Source: a virus
Lineage: Duplodnaviria; Heunggongvirae; Uroviricota; Caudoviricetes
Length of the DNA stretch: 64,000 bases
Direction: 5' to 3' (one strand)
Virus record (IMG/VR): IMGVR_UViG_2565956726_000008
The translations under genes were made by a program, and so were the position numbers. The notes under the pieces are model-generated. The model was not told where the DNA came from and searched no databases. It saw only the letters and a program-made list of their open reading frames with translations. Of the stretch, positions 36,463 to 45,017 are shown in pieces (positions within the stretch are counted from its first letter, which is position 1; every line of letters begins with the position of its first letter).

Positions 36463-36927
36463 ATGCCTATCAAGGGGGTTAAACGCGTCCGTGAGAGATT
36501 AAAGCAGGAACTAAAGGAAATCACCGATAAAAAGACGCACGAAGTTTTATGGCGCGTCGGTATGCTGGCTGGTGGCTTCGCGGCTAATATGACGCCAGTC
36601 GATACGGGCTTCTTAATTAACAGTCAGTTCCAGTACATAGGGAACACGGCGGACGGTATGCAATTACGCCTGGGATATACGGCCCGCTACGCTGAATGGG
36701 TGCACAATATGCCGGGTACATTAAAAGGCCAGCCGCGCGAAGATTTCGGCAAAACGAATAACCTTTCAGATTTCGGACCGAAACAGGTAATTAGTTTTGG
36801 TGGTGGTACTGGAAAGGGTAATTATTGGGATCCAAATGCGGAGCCTGGATTCTTGCGTAAGGCATTCGAAGATCCTAACCACGCCGATGATATTTATAAA
36901 GAAATTGTAGAAGGTTACAAAGTATGA
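36463..36927 (+). CDS. HK97 gp10-like head-tail joining protein
   Basis: 154 aa; MTPVDTGFLINS pattern typical of HK97 gp10 family. Confidence 0.55.
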   Translation: MPIKGVKRVRERLKQELKEITDKKTHEVLWRVGMLAGGFAANMTPVDTGFLINSQFQYIGNTADGMQLRLGYTARYAEWVHNMPGTLKGQPREDFGKTNNLSDFGPKQVISFGGGTGKGNYWDPNAEPGFLRKAFEDPNHADDIYKEIVEGYKV

Positions 36928-37310
36928 AACGCAGCGAAGTTTACGACGAAATAAGGGATTGGATTCAATCCCACGGATACGATGAAGGCTATATTTTGCA
37001 GGCCCGTTTCTGGAATGAGCGAAGTAATTCGAATAATGACAGATACATCGTGATCCAGCAAAACGGCGGCGCGGCTGGTGAGGAAGCAATAACCCGTGAT
37101 TATTTCCGCATCCTGGTTATTTCAGCGCGTAATGATGCAAATATCAGTGAGGTGGAAGACCTTGCCGATGCCATCCGTCAAAGTATGTTAACAGAATATA
37201 AAACTGATAAAATTACACACATGAAGCCAGTTGGCGCTATTCCTGCAATACAGACAAGAGAAGGGCGCTTTATTTTTACCGTAGCCTTTCAAACCATCAT
37301 ATCAAGATAA
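36924..37310 (+). CDS. tail completion protein candidate (128 aa)
   Basis: ORF in connector/tail cluster. Confidence 0.45.
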   Translation: MKRSEVYDEIRDWIQSHGYDEGYILQARFWNERSNSNNDRYIVIQQNGGAAGEEAITRDYFRILVISARNDANISEVEDLADAIRQSMLTEYKTDKITHMKPVGAIPAIQTREGRFIFTVAFQTIISR

Positions 37311-37323
37311 GAGGTAAATTAAC

Positions 37324-37800
37324 ATGTCTCAGACTTGCGAAAAAGGCACGTTTACAGGCCGTGACGTTGCTGTATTCTTCGCTATCGCTTGTCCAAATGC
37401 GAAGCCGGAAGTTGGAGCGTACAAAGCGTTAGGCATGATGCGTGGTAAAACACTTTCCGTTGAATGGGAAACCGCTGACGCCACCGCCGATAAATCAGCC
37501 GATTACACGAAAGAATCAATGGTTACTTACAAATCCGTTTCTTTCTCCGGCGACGGTGTGTCCCGCACTGAAGAAATCCATAATCAGAAAGCGCTGAAAC
37601 GCCACGTAATTACGCCAGGTGAAACCACCGGATCACAACCTTATGTATGGCTGAAGATCGTTTCTCCTGTAGACGTAACTGAAGGCCCATTCCTTTGCAC
37701 TTCCTTTAAAGAAGAAGATCCGCATGATGATGTTTCCACCTGGTCTATTGAGTGCGAAAGCGCTGGCAAGGTAACGGTAGGCGACGTTCCGCCAGCATAA
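37324..37800 (+). CDS. putative major tail protein
   Basis: 158 aa; strong RBS; followed by terminator hairpin; position ahead of chaperone and tape measure. Confidence 0.45.
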   Translation: MSQTCEKGTFTGRDVAVFFAIACPNAKPEVGAYKALGMMRGKTLSVEWETADATADKSADYTKESMVTYKSVSFSGDGVSRTEEIHNQKALKRHVITPGETTGSQPYVWLKIVSPVDVTEGPFLCTSFKEEDPHDDVSTWSIECESAGKVTVGDVPPA

Positions 37801-37817
37801 CAGCCAATATTAACAAT

Positions 37818-37842
37818 CGGGGCCATTTGGCCCCTTTTCTTT
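37818..37842 (+). terminator. Rho-independent terminator / attenuator
   Basis: ggggccatttggcccc + ttttctttt. Confidence 0.6.
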
Positions 37843-37846
37843 TAAG

Positions 37847-38533
37847 GTGAATACTATGATCCATGTTCGTACAGGACAATTTGCTGCCGTGGTGAACGGT
37901 AAGCGCTATGAGTTTAATCCTTGCTTTGCTGCGATGGCTAAAATCGGCAACGATAGTGAGCTTGTCGAATATTTCGCACTTATCCACGGCGGCAAATATC
38001 CATCACGATTGCCAGCAGATCCAGACCTCCGCAATCGCATTATGGCGCGGTGTTATGGTGAGATAGTACAAACGTCAATGCGCATCCTGAAATGTTGCTC
38101 AGACGACGAAATAGCCCCGTTATTGGGTGAATGTAGGTCAACTTCTTCCGGCAAGTTACGACTAAAACCCGGACTGATGCCGACCAGTGACGTTATCACG
38201 CTGGCACAACATTGCATGTACCACGGTTTAATCGGTGACGGGCCAGAAGAAGACGCCGGAGAGATCCGGGAAGGGGAATATAAGCCGACTTTTAACGTGC
38301 TGGAATTCGTTTATTCTGCCGTAGCTCACCTGGGATTATCTGAATCAGAAGCGTGGAATATGACAATGACCGGATATAGGGCCGCTGTACGCGCTAAAAC
38401 GCCGCCAGAAGCAAGAAACAAACAAAAACGCCCAAATGTATTGCTGGATAAAAAGGCTTATGACGATGGAATGAATGGTGCTATGGAGATACTAAAAAGA
38501 ATGAAAAATCGCGAGCAAGAAAAAACCCGGTAG
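37847..38533 (+). CDS. tail assembly chaperone candidate
   Basis: about 225 aa; position between major tail and tape measure genes; start GTG 37847 or ATG 37856. Confidence 0.4.
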   Translation: MNTMIHVRTGQFAAVVNGKRYEFNPCFAAMAKIGNDSELVEYFALIHGGKYPSRLPADPDLRNRIMARCYGEIVQTSMRILKCCSDDEIAPLLGECRSTSSGKLRLKPGLMPTSDVITLAQHCMYHGLIGDGPEEDAGEIREGEYKPTFNVLEFVYSAVAHLGLSESEAWNMTMTGYRAAVRAKTPPEARNKQKRPNVLLDKKAYDDGMNGAMEILKRMKNREQEKTR

Positions 38534-38548
38534 ATCCGGGCGTTTTTG
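38526..38548. terminator. bidirectional terminator hairpin
   Basis: aaaacccggtagatccgggcgtttttgtt between convergent genes. Confidence 0.7.
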
Positions 38549-38558
38549 TTAAGTTCGC

Positions 38559-38879
38559 TTATGCTATTTTTTCGTAAAGCACATTCATCTGGGTGCGAAT
38601 CACTGTTAATATATTGATTGCTGCGTTCTTATTAATGCGTTTATTCGCTACTATTTTTGTTTTCCCATCAATAACAACCAGATCTGCGTGCAATACATGG
38701 TTGAAGTTGACAATGTAATAATACTGTTTATCGCCAACATGTTGAACATATGCACCATTTAGATTTCCTTTATACCCACAATCACGCTCTGCGACACCGA
38801 AGTCAAATTCGCGGTTCATCTTGCGATTATATGCTACTTGTTTATGTTCCCATTTTCTCATCCATTCATCGCGTTTCAT
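38559..38879 (-). CDS. moron: hypothetical protein (106 aa)
   Basis: Minus-strand ORF inside plus-strand tail module. Confidence 0.5.
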   Translation of the reverse strand: MKRDEWMRKWEHKQVAYNRKMNREFDFGVAERDCGYKGNLNGAYVQHVGDKQYYYIVNFNHVLHADLVVIDGKTKIVANKRINKNAAINILTVIRTQMNVLYEKIA

Positions 38880-38888
38880 GTTTCACCC

Positions 38889-39548
38889 TTAATTCCAGTT
38901 GCAAGCGTTTTTCACTTTGTCGATGTGGTTATAAAGACCATCAATGTTAAACACTGCTTTCTCAATGTCGCCAGCTTCCGGCACTGCTTCAATGATAAAT
39001 TGTTTTTCGTTAACCAGTTTTTTAATCATTGGGATGGCTTTTTTGCCGTCCCATAATCCAAGAGCTTTATAATTAGTTGACCGCCACCACTCAGTAGCTA
39101 CAGCTTTGTGATCGCCGATCCGGTAGTTAATATAAGTAGTGTCCCCAGCGTCAGTTACATGGTTTGACCATGCTACGAACATTTTTGTTTTATTACCCTG
39201 GCAAGCGATTGTTAATACAGGTTTGTTTTCATCCCGTGCTTTCAGTGTAGGGAAAGCATCAAGACTTCCGCTGAAATGTTCTGCTTTCACGAAAAGGAAC
39301 ACGTTTTTTGTGTCCTGCATATCATCTTTTCTTTCGACCACAAGCCACTGTTTACCAGCTTTTTCTTTTGCTAACTGTGCCTCATATGCGGCTTGTTTTG
39401 CTTGTTGTTCTGCAAGCCATTTAGCATTTTTCTCTGCTAATGCTTGTTGTTCTTGAGTGGTCACTATAGGCGCTTTTTCATTATCCTCATTGCAACCAAC
39501 CAGACCCAATACCGCCGCAATCATTGCCACTTTTGCTAACCGTTTCAT
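38889..39548 (-). CDS. moron: lipoprotein (219 aa)
   Basis: Signal peptide MKRLAKVAMIAAVLGLVGC with lipobox LVGC; Ala/Gln/Lys-rich coiled segment. Confidence 0.65.
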   Translation of the reverse strand: MKRLAKVAMIAAVLGLVGCNEDNEKAPIVTTQEQQALAEKNAKWLAEQQAKQAAYEAQLAKEKAGKQWLVVERKDDMQDTKNVFLFVKAEHFSGSLDAFPTLKARDENKPVLTIACQGNKTKMFVAWSNHVTDAGDTTYINYRIGDHKAVATEWWRSTNYKALGLWDGKKAIPMIKKLVNEKQFIIEAVPEAGDIEKAVFNIDGLYNHIDKVKNACNWN

Positions 39549-39593
39549 AACCCACCACGCTAACTTGATTTACTGACCATTCCCTTTGGCTTC

Positions 39594-39655
39594 TTTATAC
39601 AAAATGGAGTCGTTGAAGTAAAGCCATTTTGTATAAAATAGATACACAGATCACA
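39594..39655. repeat. Intergenic palindrome TTTATACAAAATGG-N16-CCATTTTGTATAAAA plus ACACAGATCACA
   Basis: Lies 20-80 bp upstream of tape measure start. Confidence 0.7.
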
Positions 39656-39675
39656 TTTTTGCATGAGGTTAAATC

Positions 39676-42018
39676 ATGGATACCAGTGTAGGTACAATTT
39701 ATTACGAAGTTGATGCGAAAACTAGTCAACTTCTCGTTGCACAACGACAGGCAGACCAGGCCTTTGGGCGTATAGAGCGCGGCGCAAAACAGGCTGACCG
39801 CCAGGTAAACACCCTGAAAACATCCATCAAGGCACTGACCAGGGTTATCCATTTGCTAATTGCTGCGGAGGCCGTGCGTCAATTCATGGATATGGCGGAG
39901 CAAGCAAAAATGCTTCGCGTAAAAATCAAAATGCTTACGGGCGATGCGGAGTCCGCCGGACGGGTTTTTGATGGCCTGAAAGCAATATCAAAAGAAACAG
40001 GCCAAAGCATGAAGGATACCGGGGATCTGTGGCAAGGCTTAGCTATCTCACTGAAGAACACGTCCGCCACTGAAGGGCAATTGCTTAACCTGGTAGGTAC
40101 GATTCAGAAAATGGGGGCATTAGGCGGCGCGTCAGCGGAACAGATGTCTAACTCAATGCGTCAATTCCGTCAGTCTATCGACGGCGGTGTTCTTCGTGCC
40201 GAAGAATTTAACAGCCTGCTTGAAAATACGCCGACCATCGTACAAACAATGGCCCGCCATATGGGATTATCAATGGGCCAGTTCCGCGCCGAAATGCTGG
40301 ACGGCAAGATCACGGCTGAAAGGATGGTTAACGCAATACAGGCGGCTACGCAGGAAACAAACGATAAGTTTGCTCAGTTGCCGCGCACATCCGGCATGGC
40401 TATCAATGAGCTTAAAGTAGAAATTATGGGCCTTGTTGAGCAGTTGGATGATCTTTTTGGCGTGTCAGATGGCGTTGTTTCAGCTATCGACTTGATCACG
40501 AAAGGCGTTAAAGGGCTTGGCGATGGCGCTAAATTCGCTAAAACCTGCTTCGACACACTCAAAACGGCTGGTAGCGAATTTATCGACATGTTTGATGATG
40601 TGGCTGTTAAGGCTGGAGAGGTGGCAGAGAAGATCATCGCAATGGTGACGCCAATCAAGGCGCTAATGGATGGCTATAAATGGATGAAGGAGGTAGTAGG
40701 AGAGCAAACCGACGAATATAACAGCAACTACGAGAAGAAATACGGGAAGACCGTTGGCAAGGTCATGCAACTACAGGATGATCTGACCGCAGCAATCCAG
40801 GCTACAGAAGAAGCAAGGAAAAATGAACAGAATGCTGCCAATGACGGAGCGATTACCGGATTCGACAAGCCAGTAGACAAGCCGAAAAAACAGAAAAAAG
40901 AGAAGAAATCGGAAGCTGATCGGCTTGGTGACAAAGGTATAAGCGTTTCTGATCAGTACAACAAAGACGCCGCCGCCATGCGCAAAGCGTTGGAGAACGG
41001 CAAGGCCATTGATGCTGCATTTGCCCAGGGTAAAATCACGCTCCTTGAGTACCGCGCCGCGCAAAAAGGGATCGGCAAGGAACTGAAAGAAGAATTAGCA
41101 CAAATTCCGGTAGATGAATTGCGTGATAAATGGTCACAAATAGTAAGCCCGATGGATCAGCTAAAAGGCGAAGTTGACCCCATCCAGCAGGCGCAAAATG
41201 AATGGGCCATCCGTAAGCAAATGCTTATAGACCTGGGCGCTACTGAAGCGCAACAGAAACAGGAATTGTTAGCCTATGAGCAACAGATCCGCGATCTGAA
41301 ATGGGAACAATGGCAGGCGCAAAGCGACACAAACGGCCTTATCGGTGATTGTGTTAATGGCCTTAAAGGCGGAATGAGTAATGCGCTTGTTGGCCTGTTA
41401 AACGGCACTCAATCATTGAGTGATGTTTTTGCTAACTTAGGAAGCAATATACTCGGCAATATCGGTAACAGACTCTCAGACATAGCTGCAAACTGGATAG
41501 CAGATCAGATCATGATGGAGACACAAAGCAAGGCCACGCAAACAAGTACAACAGCAAGCGCGGTAGCAGCTCAGGGAAGCATTGCTGCGGCGGCGGCCCC
41601 AGCAGCGGCGGCAACTGCGGCGTCAACTGGCGGTAGCTGGGCGGCGGCTGGTTCGGCGGCGCTCACTGCGATCATGTCGCTGGCTACGTCAATTTTCGGC
41701 GGCGGTCGCTTTAATGGTGGTAGCGTCATTGGTGGTAATATGTACCGCGTAGGGGAACACAACAGGCCGGAGCTATTCCAGACATCTAACGGCAATCAAT
41801 ATATGATCCCTGGCGAGAACGGCAGAGTTATTCCGGGCCGTGATATTGGCGGCGGTGGCGGTATTAGTATGCCTGTCAGTATCAGCATTCAGACCACGAA
41901 CGGATTCAGCGACGAAGACAGCCGCAGACTTGAATTAACAATGGAACGTGTAGCCATGAAAATGATAACAAGGGAATCTCAAAGACCAGGCGGAATGTTG
42001 CAACCTCGCCGCAAATAA
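39676..42018 (+). CDS. tail tape measure protein
   Basis: 780 aa; long alpha-helical protein with Ala/Gly-rich C-terminal region; upstream of M/L/K/I/J-like genes. Confidence 0.75.
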   Translation: MDTSVGTIYYEVDAKTSQLLVAQRQADQAFGRIERGAKQADRQVNTLKTSIKALTRVIHLLIAAEAVRQFMDMAEQAKMLRVKIKMLTGDAESAGRVFDGLKAISKETGQSMKDTGDLWQGLAISLKNTSATEGQLLNLVGTIQKMGALGGASAEQMSNSMRQFRQSIDGGVLRAEEFNSLLENTPTIVQTMARHMGLSMGQFRAEMLDGKITAERMVNAIQAATQETNDKFAQLPRTSGMAINELKVEIMGLVEQLDDLFGVSDGVVSAIDLITKGVKGLGDGAKFAKTCFDTLKTAGSEFIDMFDDVAVKAGEVAEKIIAMVTPIKALMDGYKWMKEVVGEQTDEYNSNYEKKYGKTVGKVMQLQDDLTAAIQATEEARKNEQNAANDGAITGFDKPVDKPKKQKKEKKSEADRLGDKGISVSDQYNKDAAAMRKALENGKAIDAAFAQGKITLLEYRAAQKGIGKELKEELAQIPVDELRDKWSQIVSPMDQLKGEVDPIQQAQNEWAIRKQMLIDLGATEAQQKQELLAYEQQIRDLKWEQWQAQSDTNGLIGDCVNGLKGGMSNALVGLLNGTQSLSDVFANLGSNILGNIGNRLSDIAANWIADQIMMETQSKATQTSTTASAVAAQGSIAAAAAPAAAATAASTGGSWAAAGSAALTAIMSLATSIFGGGRFNGGSVIGGNMYRVGEHNRPELFQTSNGNQYMIPGENGRVIPGRDIGGGGGISMPVSISIQTTNGFSDEDSRRLELTMERVAMKMITRESQRPGGMLQPRRK

Positions 42019-42025
42019 ACTAAAT

Positions 42026-42051
42026 CCCGGTGCAATGCCGGGGTTATTTTT
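42026..42051. terminator. bidirectional Rho-independent terminator
   Basis: cccggtgcaatgccgggg + ttattttt; same stem-loop sequence as the terminator after the capsid gene. Confidence 0.8.
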
Positions 42052-42104
42052 CGTATTTATAAACGACCATTCCGCGCGATATATCCCCTTTCGAATATCT
42101 CGAC

Positions 42105-42359
42105 TCACTTATGAGTGCCTTTCACGCCACATAACTTGTTATAGGCATGGTGCTCAACAATTAACCAAACCTTCAAATCTTCGCTAAACAGCCTCCAATC
42201 AAGATTGATATCCATTTTGTATCCGTAACCGTCGCGTAACTTTTTGGGGTAAACTTCTTTTCTCAGAAAGGCTTTAAGTAATTCCTTACCTTTCTTGATG
42301 ATCCGGTCCTGTGCGTTTTTCTGTGCTTTCAGATTTCTGTCAATCGCTACCAGTTTCAT
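42105..42359 (-). CDS. moron: RelE/YafQ-like toxin candidate (84 aa)
   Basis: By-eye resemblance of C-terminal half (DINLDWRLF...GTHK) to YafQ (EPDWILIY...TGTH); second gene of a two-gene minus-strand cassette. Confidence 0.35.
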   Translation of the reverse strand: MKLVAIDRNLKAQKNAQDRIIKKGKELLKAFLRKEVYPKKLRDGYGYKMDINLDWRLFSEDLKVWLIVEHHAYNKLCGVKGTHK

Positions 42360-42377
42360 AACTCACCCCATCATCCT

Positions 42378-42533
42378 TAGTTAAGTGCCTTCAGGAAGAA
42401 GTCCCGGTATTCATCTTCTTTCGCATTCATCATGAATTGACCGTATTTGAATGCGTCGTCGAAACCCTTAACGATTGCTATTTCCACTTGTTCGAATGCG
42501 TTATTTAGCATTACTACTACATAGCGTTTCATT
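42378..42533 (-). CDS. moron: small protein (51 aa), antitoxin candidate
   Basis: ATG with aaggagg RBS; translation MKRYVVVMLNNAFEQVEIAIVKGFDDAFKYGQFMMNAKEDEYRDFFLKALN. Confidence 0.35.
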
Positions 42534-42601
42534 TTGGGCCTCCTTCGTTGGTACTACTTTCTTCTTGCTTTCTATATACATCTTGTTGCGTGCTATGTGA
42601 A

Positions 42602-42685
42602 GCCATTTTGTAAACTAGCTATAATCATTGTGACAATGATCTTATTTTTCGCGTAGAAGCGCGTAAAGATATATACAAAATGTAA
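42602..42685. repeat. Intergenic motif pair GCCATTTTGTAAA ... ATATACAAAATGTAA
   Basis: Copies of the recurrent motif upstream of the M-like gene. Confidence 0.6.
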
Positions 42686-42699
42686 CTTGTGGGGGTTTT

Positions 42700-43053
42700 A
42701 TGCCGGAAGTGTTCAGATGGACGCCGCAAAGAAGCTACAGCGTGACCAGGAAGCCAGACGTATCTGTTGTTAAGCTGGGCGATGGTTATGAGCAAAGACA
42801 GGTAAAAGGTATCAATCCATTGCTTGATAGCTACACCCTGGTGTTTAAAGGCAGTAGCGCCGGATGTGGTGATGGTGGAAACGTAGCAATCCAGGCGGAA
42901 GCATTCTTGAGGGCGCGCGGCGCGGTCGAGGCTTTTTACTGGTCGCCGTCAATGGATAACGTGCAAAGGCTTTTTGTCTGTCGGCAATGGAGCATGACTA
43001 AAGACGGGCCTTTGTACACGCTAAACGCAACGTTTGAGCAAGTTGTTGGCTAA
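42700..43053 (+). CDS. minor tail protein, lambda M-like
   Basis: 117 aa; by-eye match to lambda gpM family. Confidence 0.7.
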   Translation: MPEVFRWTPQRSYSVTRKPDVSVVKLGDGYEQRQVKGINPLLDSYTLVFKGSSAGCGDGGNVAIQAEAFLRARGAVEAFYWSPSMDNVQRLFVCRQWSMTKDGPLYTLNATFEQVVG

Positions 43054-43250
43054 TGGGGGTTGTTATGTACGGGACTTGTGTAGTTGACAAAACTTACGCT
43101 TTTACATTGTTTGACGACTATGAGATCAACGACCTTACTGTAAAAGCTGACAACGGCGATATATGGTATCTTCACGACGTTGGTGATGGGTACGTTGGGT
43201 GTAGATCCCGGGAAGGGAAGGAGGTTTTATTTTTGGTTGATGGCGTATAA
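43053..43250 (+). CDS. small protein, paralog family copy inside tail module
   Basis: 65 aa; ADNGDIWYLHDVGDG matches DD-x-G-x-W family motif. Confidence 0.4.
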   Translation: MGVVMYGTCVVDKTYAFTLFDDYEINDLTVKADNGDIWYLHDVGDGYVGCRSREGKEVLFLVDGV

Positions 43251-43256
43251 ACACGA

Positions 43257-43285
43257 CCCCGCGCGAAGCGGGGTTATTTTTATTC
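43257..43285 (+). terminator. Rho-independent terminator
   Basis: ccccgcgcgaagcgggg + ttatttttatt. Confidence 0.75.
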
Positions 43286-43406
43286 TATTTCCATTAATGC
43301 TATATTTTCTGCTATCGTTTTCCAGTCCAGATCTACAGCATGAACGCCAAATACTATCAACCCCATTATTATTAGCGCCAAAACTTCTATTTTTATAATC
43401 AGTCAC

Positions 43407-43655
43407 CTATAAGTTATCACGCAGATAATTAACGCCCTTATCAGTGACGAATGAATGGTTAACCTGGTTTTCATCCGTCATGATGATGAATAACTTTTCA
43501 TGTAGGTATTTCGCTTTCGGGTACAGCGTTAAACAGACCTGGTACAGTATCCCGCGCTCAATCAGCAAATCAATAAATTCGTGTTCATGATAACCGATGA
43601 GGCGGGCGGCCTGTTTCAACGTGTACACATAATCACCGTGATTGCGCCGCCCCAT
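43407..43655 (-). CDS. moron: hypothetical protein, possibly DNA-binding (82 aa)
   Basis: Minus-strand ORF; third gene of three-gene cassette. Confidence 0.45.
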   Translation of the reverse strand: MGRRNHGDYVYTLKQAARLIGYHEHEFIDLLIERGILYQVCLTLYPKAKYLHEKLFIIMTDENQVNHSFVTDKGVNYLRDNL

Positions 43656-43664
43656 GTTGCCGCC

Positions 43665-44012
43665 TTATTTATCGAATGCTGAAAGGTTATCGATACAGAA
43701 ATCTTTCGCCGCTTTTTCGTATTCGCGTTTTGCTTCTGGATCGTCAGCCGGGAAACCTTTTGCGTGTATTTCACCAGGGCAAGACTGGTCCATAGAATCT
43801 GCATAATAAGCAGTGAAGCTACCATTAATATCTTTCGGGTTCATATCTTCCACCTCATCAACTATCTGTACCGGATTAGCAGCATATTTCACTGGATGGC
43901 CTAAACTACATTCAAGAATCCTGCCTTCTTCCAGGGCTACTTCTTCGCTATCAAATAATCCGAAACACTCCTTGCTACCACTTAACCACACATCAAGACT
44001 GTATTTTTTCAT
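43665..44012 (-). CDS. moron: hypothetical acidic protein (115 aa)
   Basis: ATG at 44012 with gagg RBS; overlaps upstream gene by 20 nt. Confidence 0.45.
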   Translation of the reverse strand: MKKYSLDVWLSGSKECFGLFDSEEVALEEGRILECSLGHPVKYAANPVQIVDEVEDMNPKDINGSFTAYYADSMDQSCPGEIHAKGFPADDPEAKREYEKAAKDFCIDNLSAFDK

Positions 44013-44181
44013 TTTTGTTAGCCTCATATTTGACAGGTTCGATCTGGTATCCCAAAAGGCGGTCATCCTCAGCAAGTAAAAGCGCGTCAACCAATGCTTC
44101 ACCCTCGTCGTCATACAGGGCGATAACCTTTTCCCTACCGTCTGTCATGAATACCGTCAACTTCCATAGCTTTTCAGTCAT
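43993..44181 (-). CDS. moron: hypothetical small protein (62 aa)
   Basis: ATG at 44181 with strong ggagg RBS. Confidence 0.45.
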   Translation of the reverse strand: MTEKLWKLTVFMTDGREKVIALYDDEGEALVDALLLAEDDRLLGYQIEPVKYEANKNEKIQS

Positions 44182-44195
44182 AACGCACCTCCGCG

Positions 44196-44292
44196 CCATT
44201 TTGTTAACTATGCTTCCGTTTGAGTAAAATATACATATTGTAAAAACCGCGATCAATCCATTTTGGTATGATTTAGCGTGACGCAGATCACA
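44196..44292. repeat. Intergenic motif copies GCCATTTTGTTAAC, ATCCATTTTGG and CGTGACGCAGATCACA
   Basis: Upstream of L-like gene start. Confidence 0.6.
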
Positions 44293-44310
44293 GAATGACA
44301 AGGTGAGAAA

Positions 44311-45015
44311 ATGCGCAATATTCCGAGAGAAATGATTATTGATTCCGTCGATGCCGGAGTCGGCGCGGTAATTGACTTGTTTGAATTAGACCTCACGCCC
44401 CTGGGTGGCGAGGTTATCCGCTTCCATTCCGGCGTGAATGGCTATTACGGCCCGGTTATCTGGAAGGGGGTGGCTTACAACAGCTACCCTATCGAGGCCA
44501 CTGGCTTCGAAATGAAAAACGAGGGTGTCTATTCACGCCCGCAAATGGTTGTAGCCAACATTGGCGGCCTAATCACCGGGATGAATAACGATTTCAACGA
44601 CCTGCGAGGAATGAAAGTTACACGCCGCCAGGTGGAAGTAAAATACCTGGACGCCATCAACTTCCCCAACGGCAACCCGGATGCAGATCCGTCTATCGAG
44701 GCGGTGTCTTTTTACGTCGTTGAGGCGATGAGCGAAGAAACAGCCGACCAGGTGCAATATGAGCTGTCAACGCCAATTGATGCTGACAAGGCGGTTATCC
44801 CAGGGCGCACAATCCTTGCTGACGTTTGCCAATGGCAATATCGCGGCGACGGTTGCGGATACAGTGGCGGCCCTGTAGCTACTGATAAAGACGAATCGAC
44901 CAGCGATCCAAAGCTGGATAAATGCAGCCACCGCCTGAGCGGTTGCCGTTTACGTTTCCCGCGCCCGAATCCGTTACCAATTTCATGTTTCCCAGGATCG
45001 AGCAAGGTGGGTTGA
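44311..45015 (+). CDS. minor tail protein, lambda L-like
   Basis: 234 aa; by-eye match to lambda gpL including C-terminal Cys cluster CQWQYRGDGCGYSG ... CSHRLSGC. Confidence 0.75.
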   Translation: MRNIPREMIIDSVDAGVGAVIDLFELDLTPLGGEVIRFHSGVNGYYGPVIWKGVAYNSYPIEATGFEMKNEGVYSRPQMVVANIGGLITGMNNDFNDLRGMKVTRRQVEVKYLDAINFPNGNPDADPSIEAVSFYVVEAMSEETADQVQYELSTPIDADKAVIPGRTILADVCQWQYRGDGCGYSGGPVATDKDESTSDPKLDKCSHRLSGCRLRFPRPNPLPISCFPGSSKVG

Positions 45016-45017
45016 TT

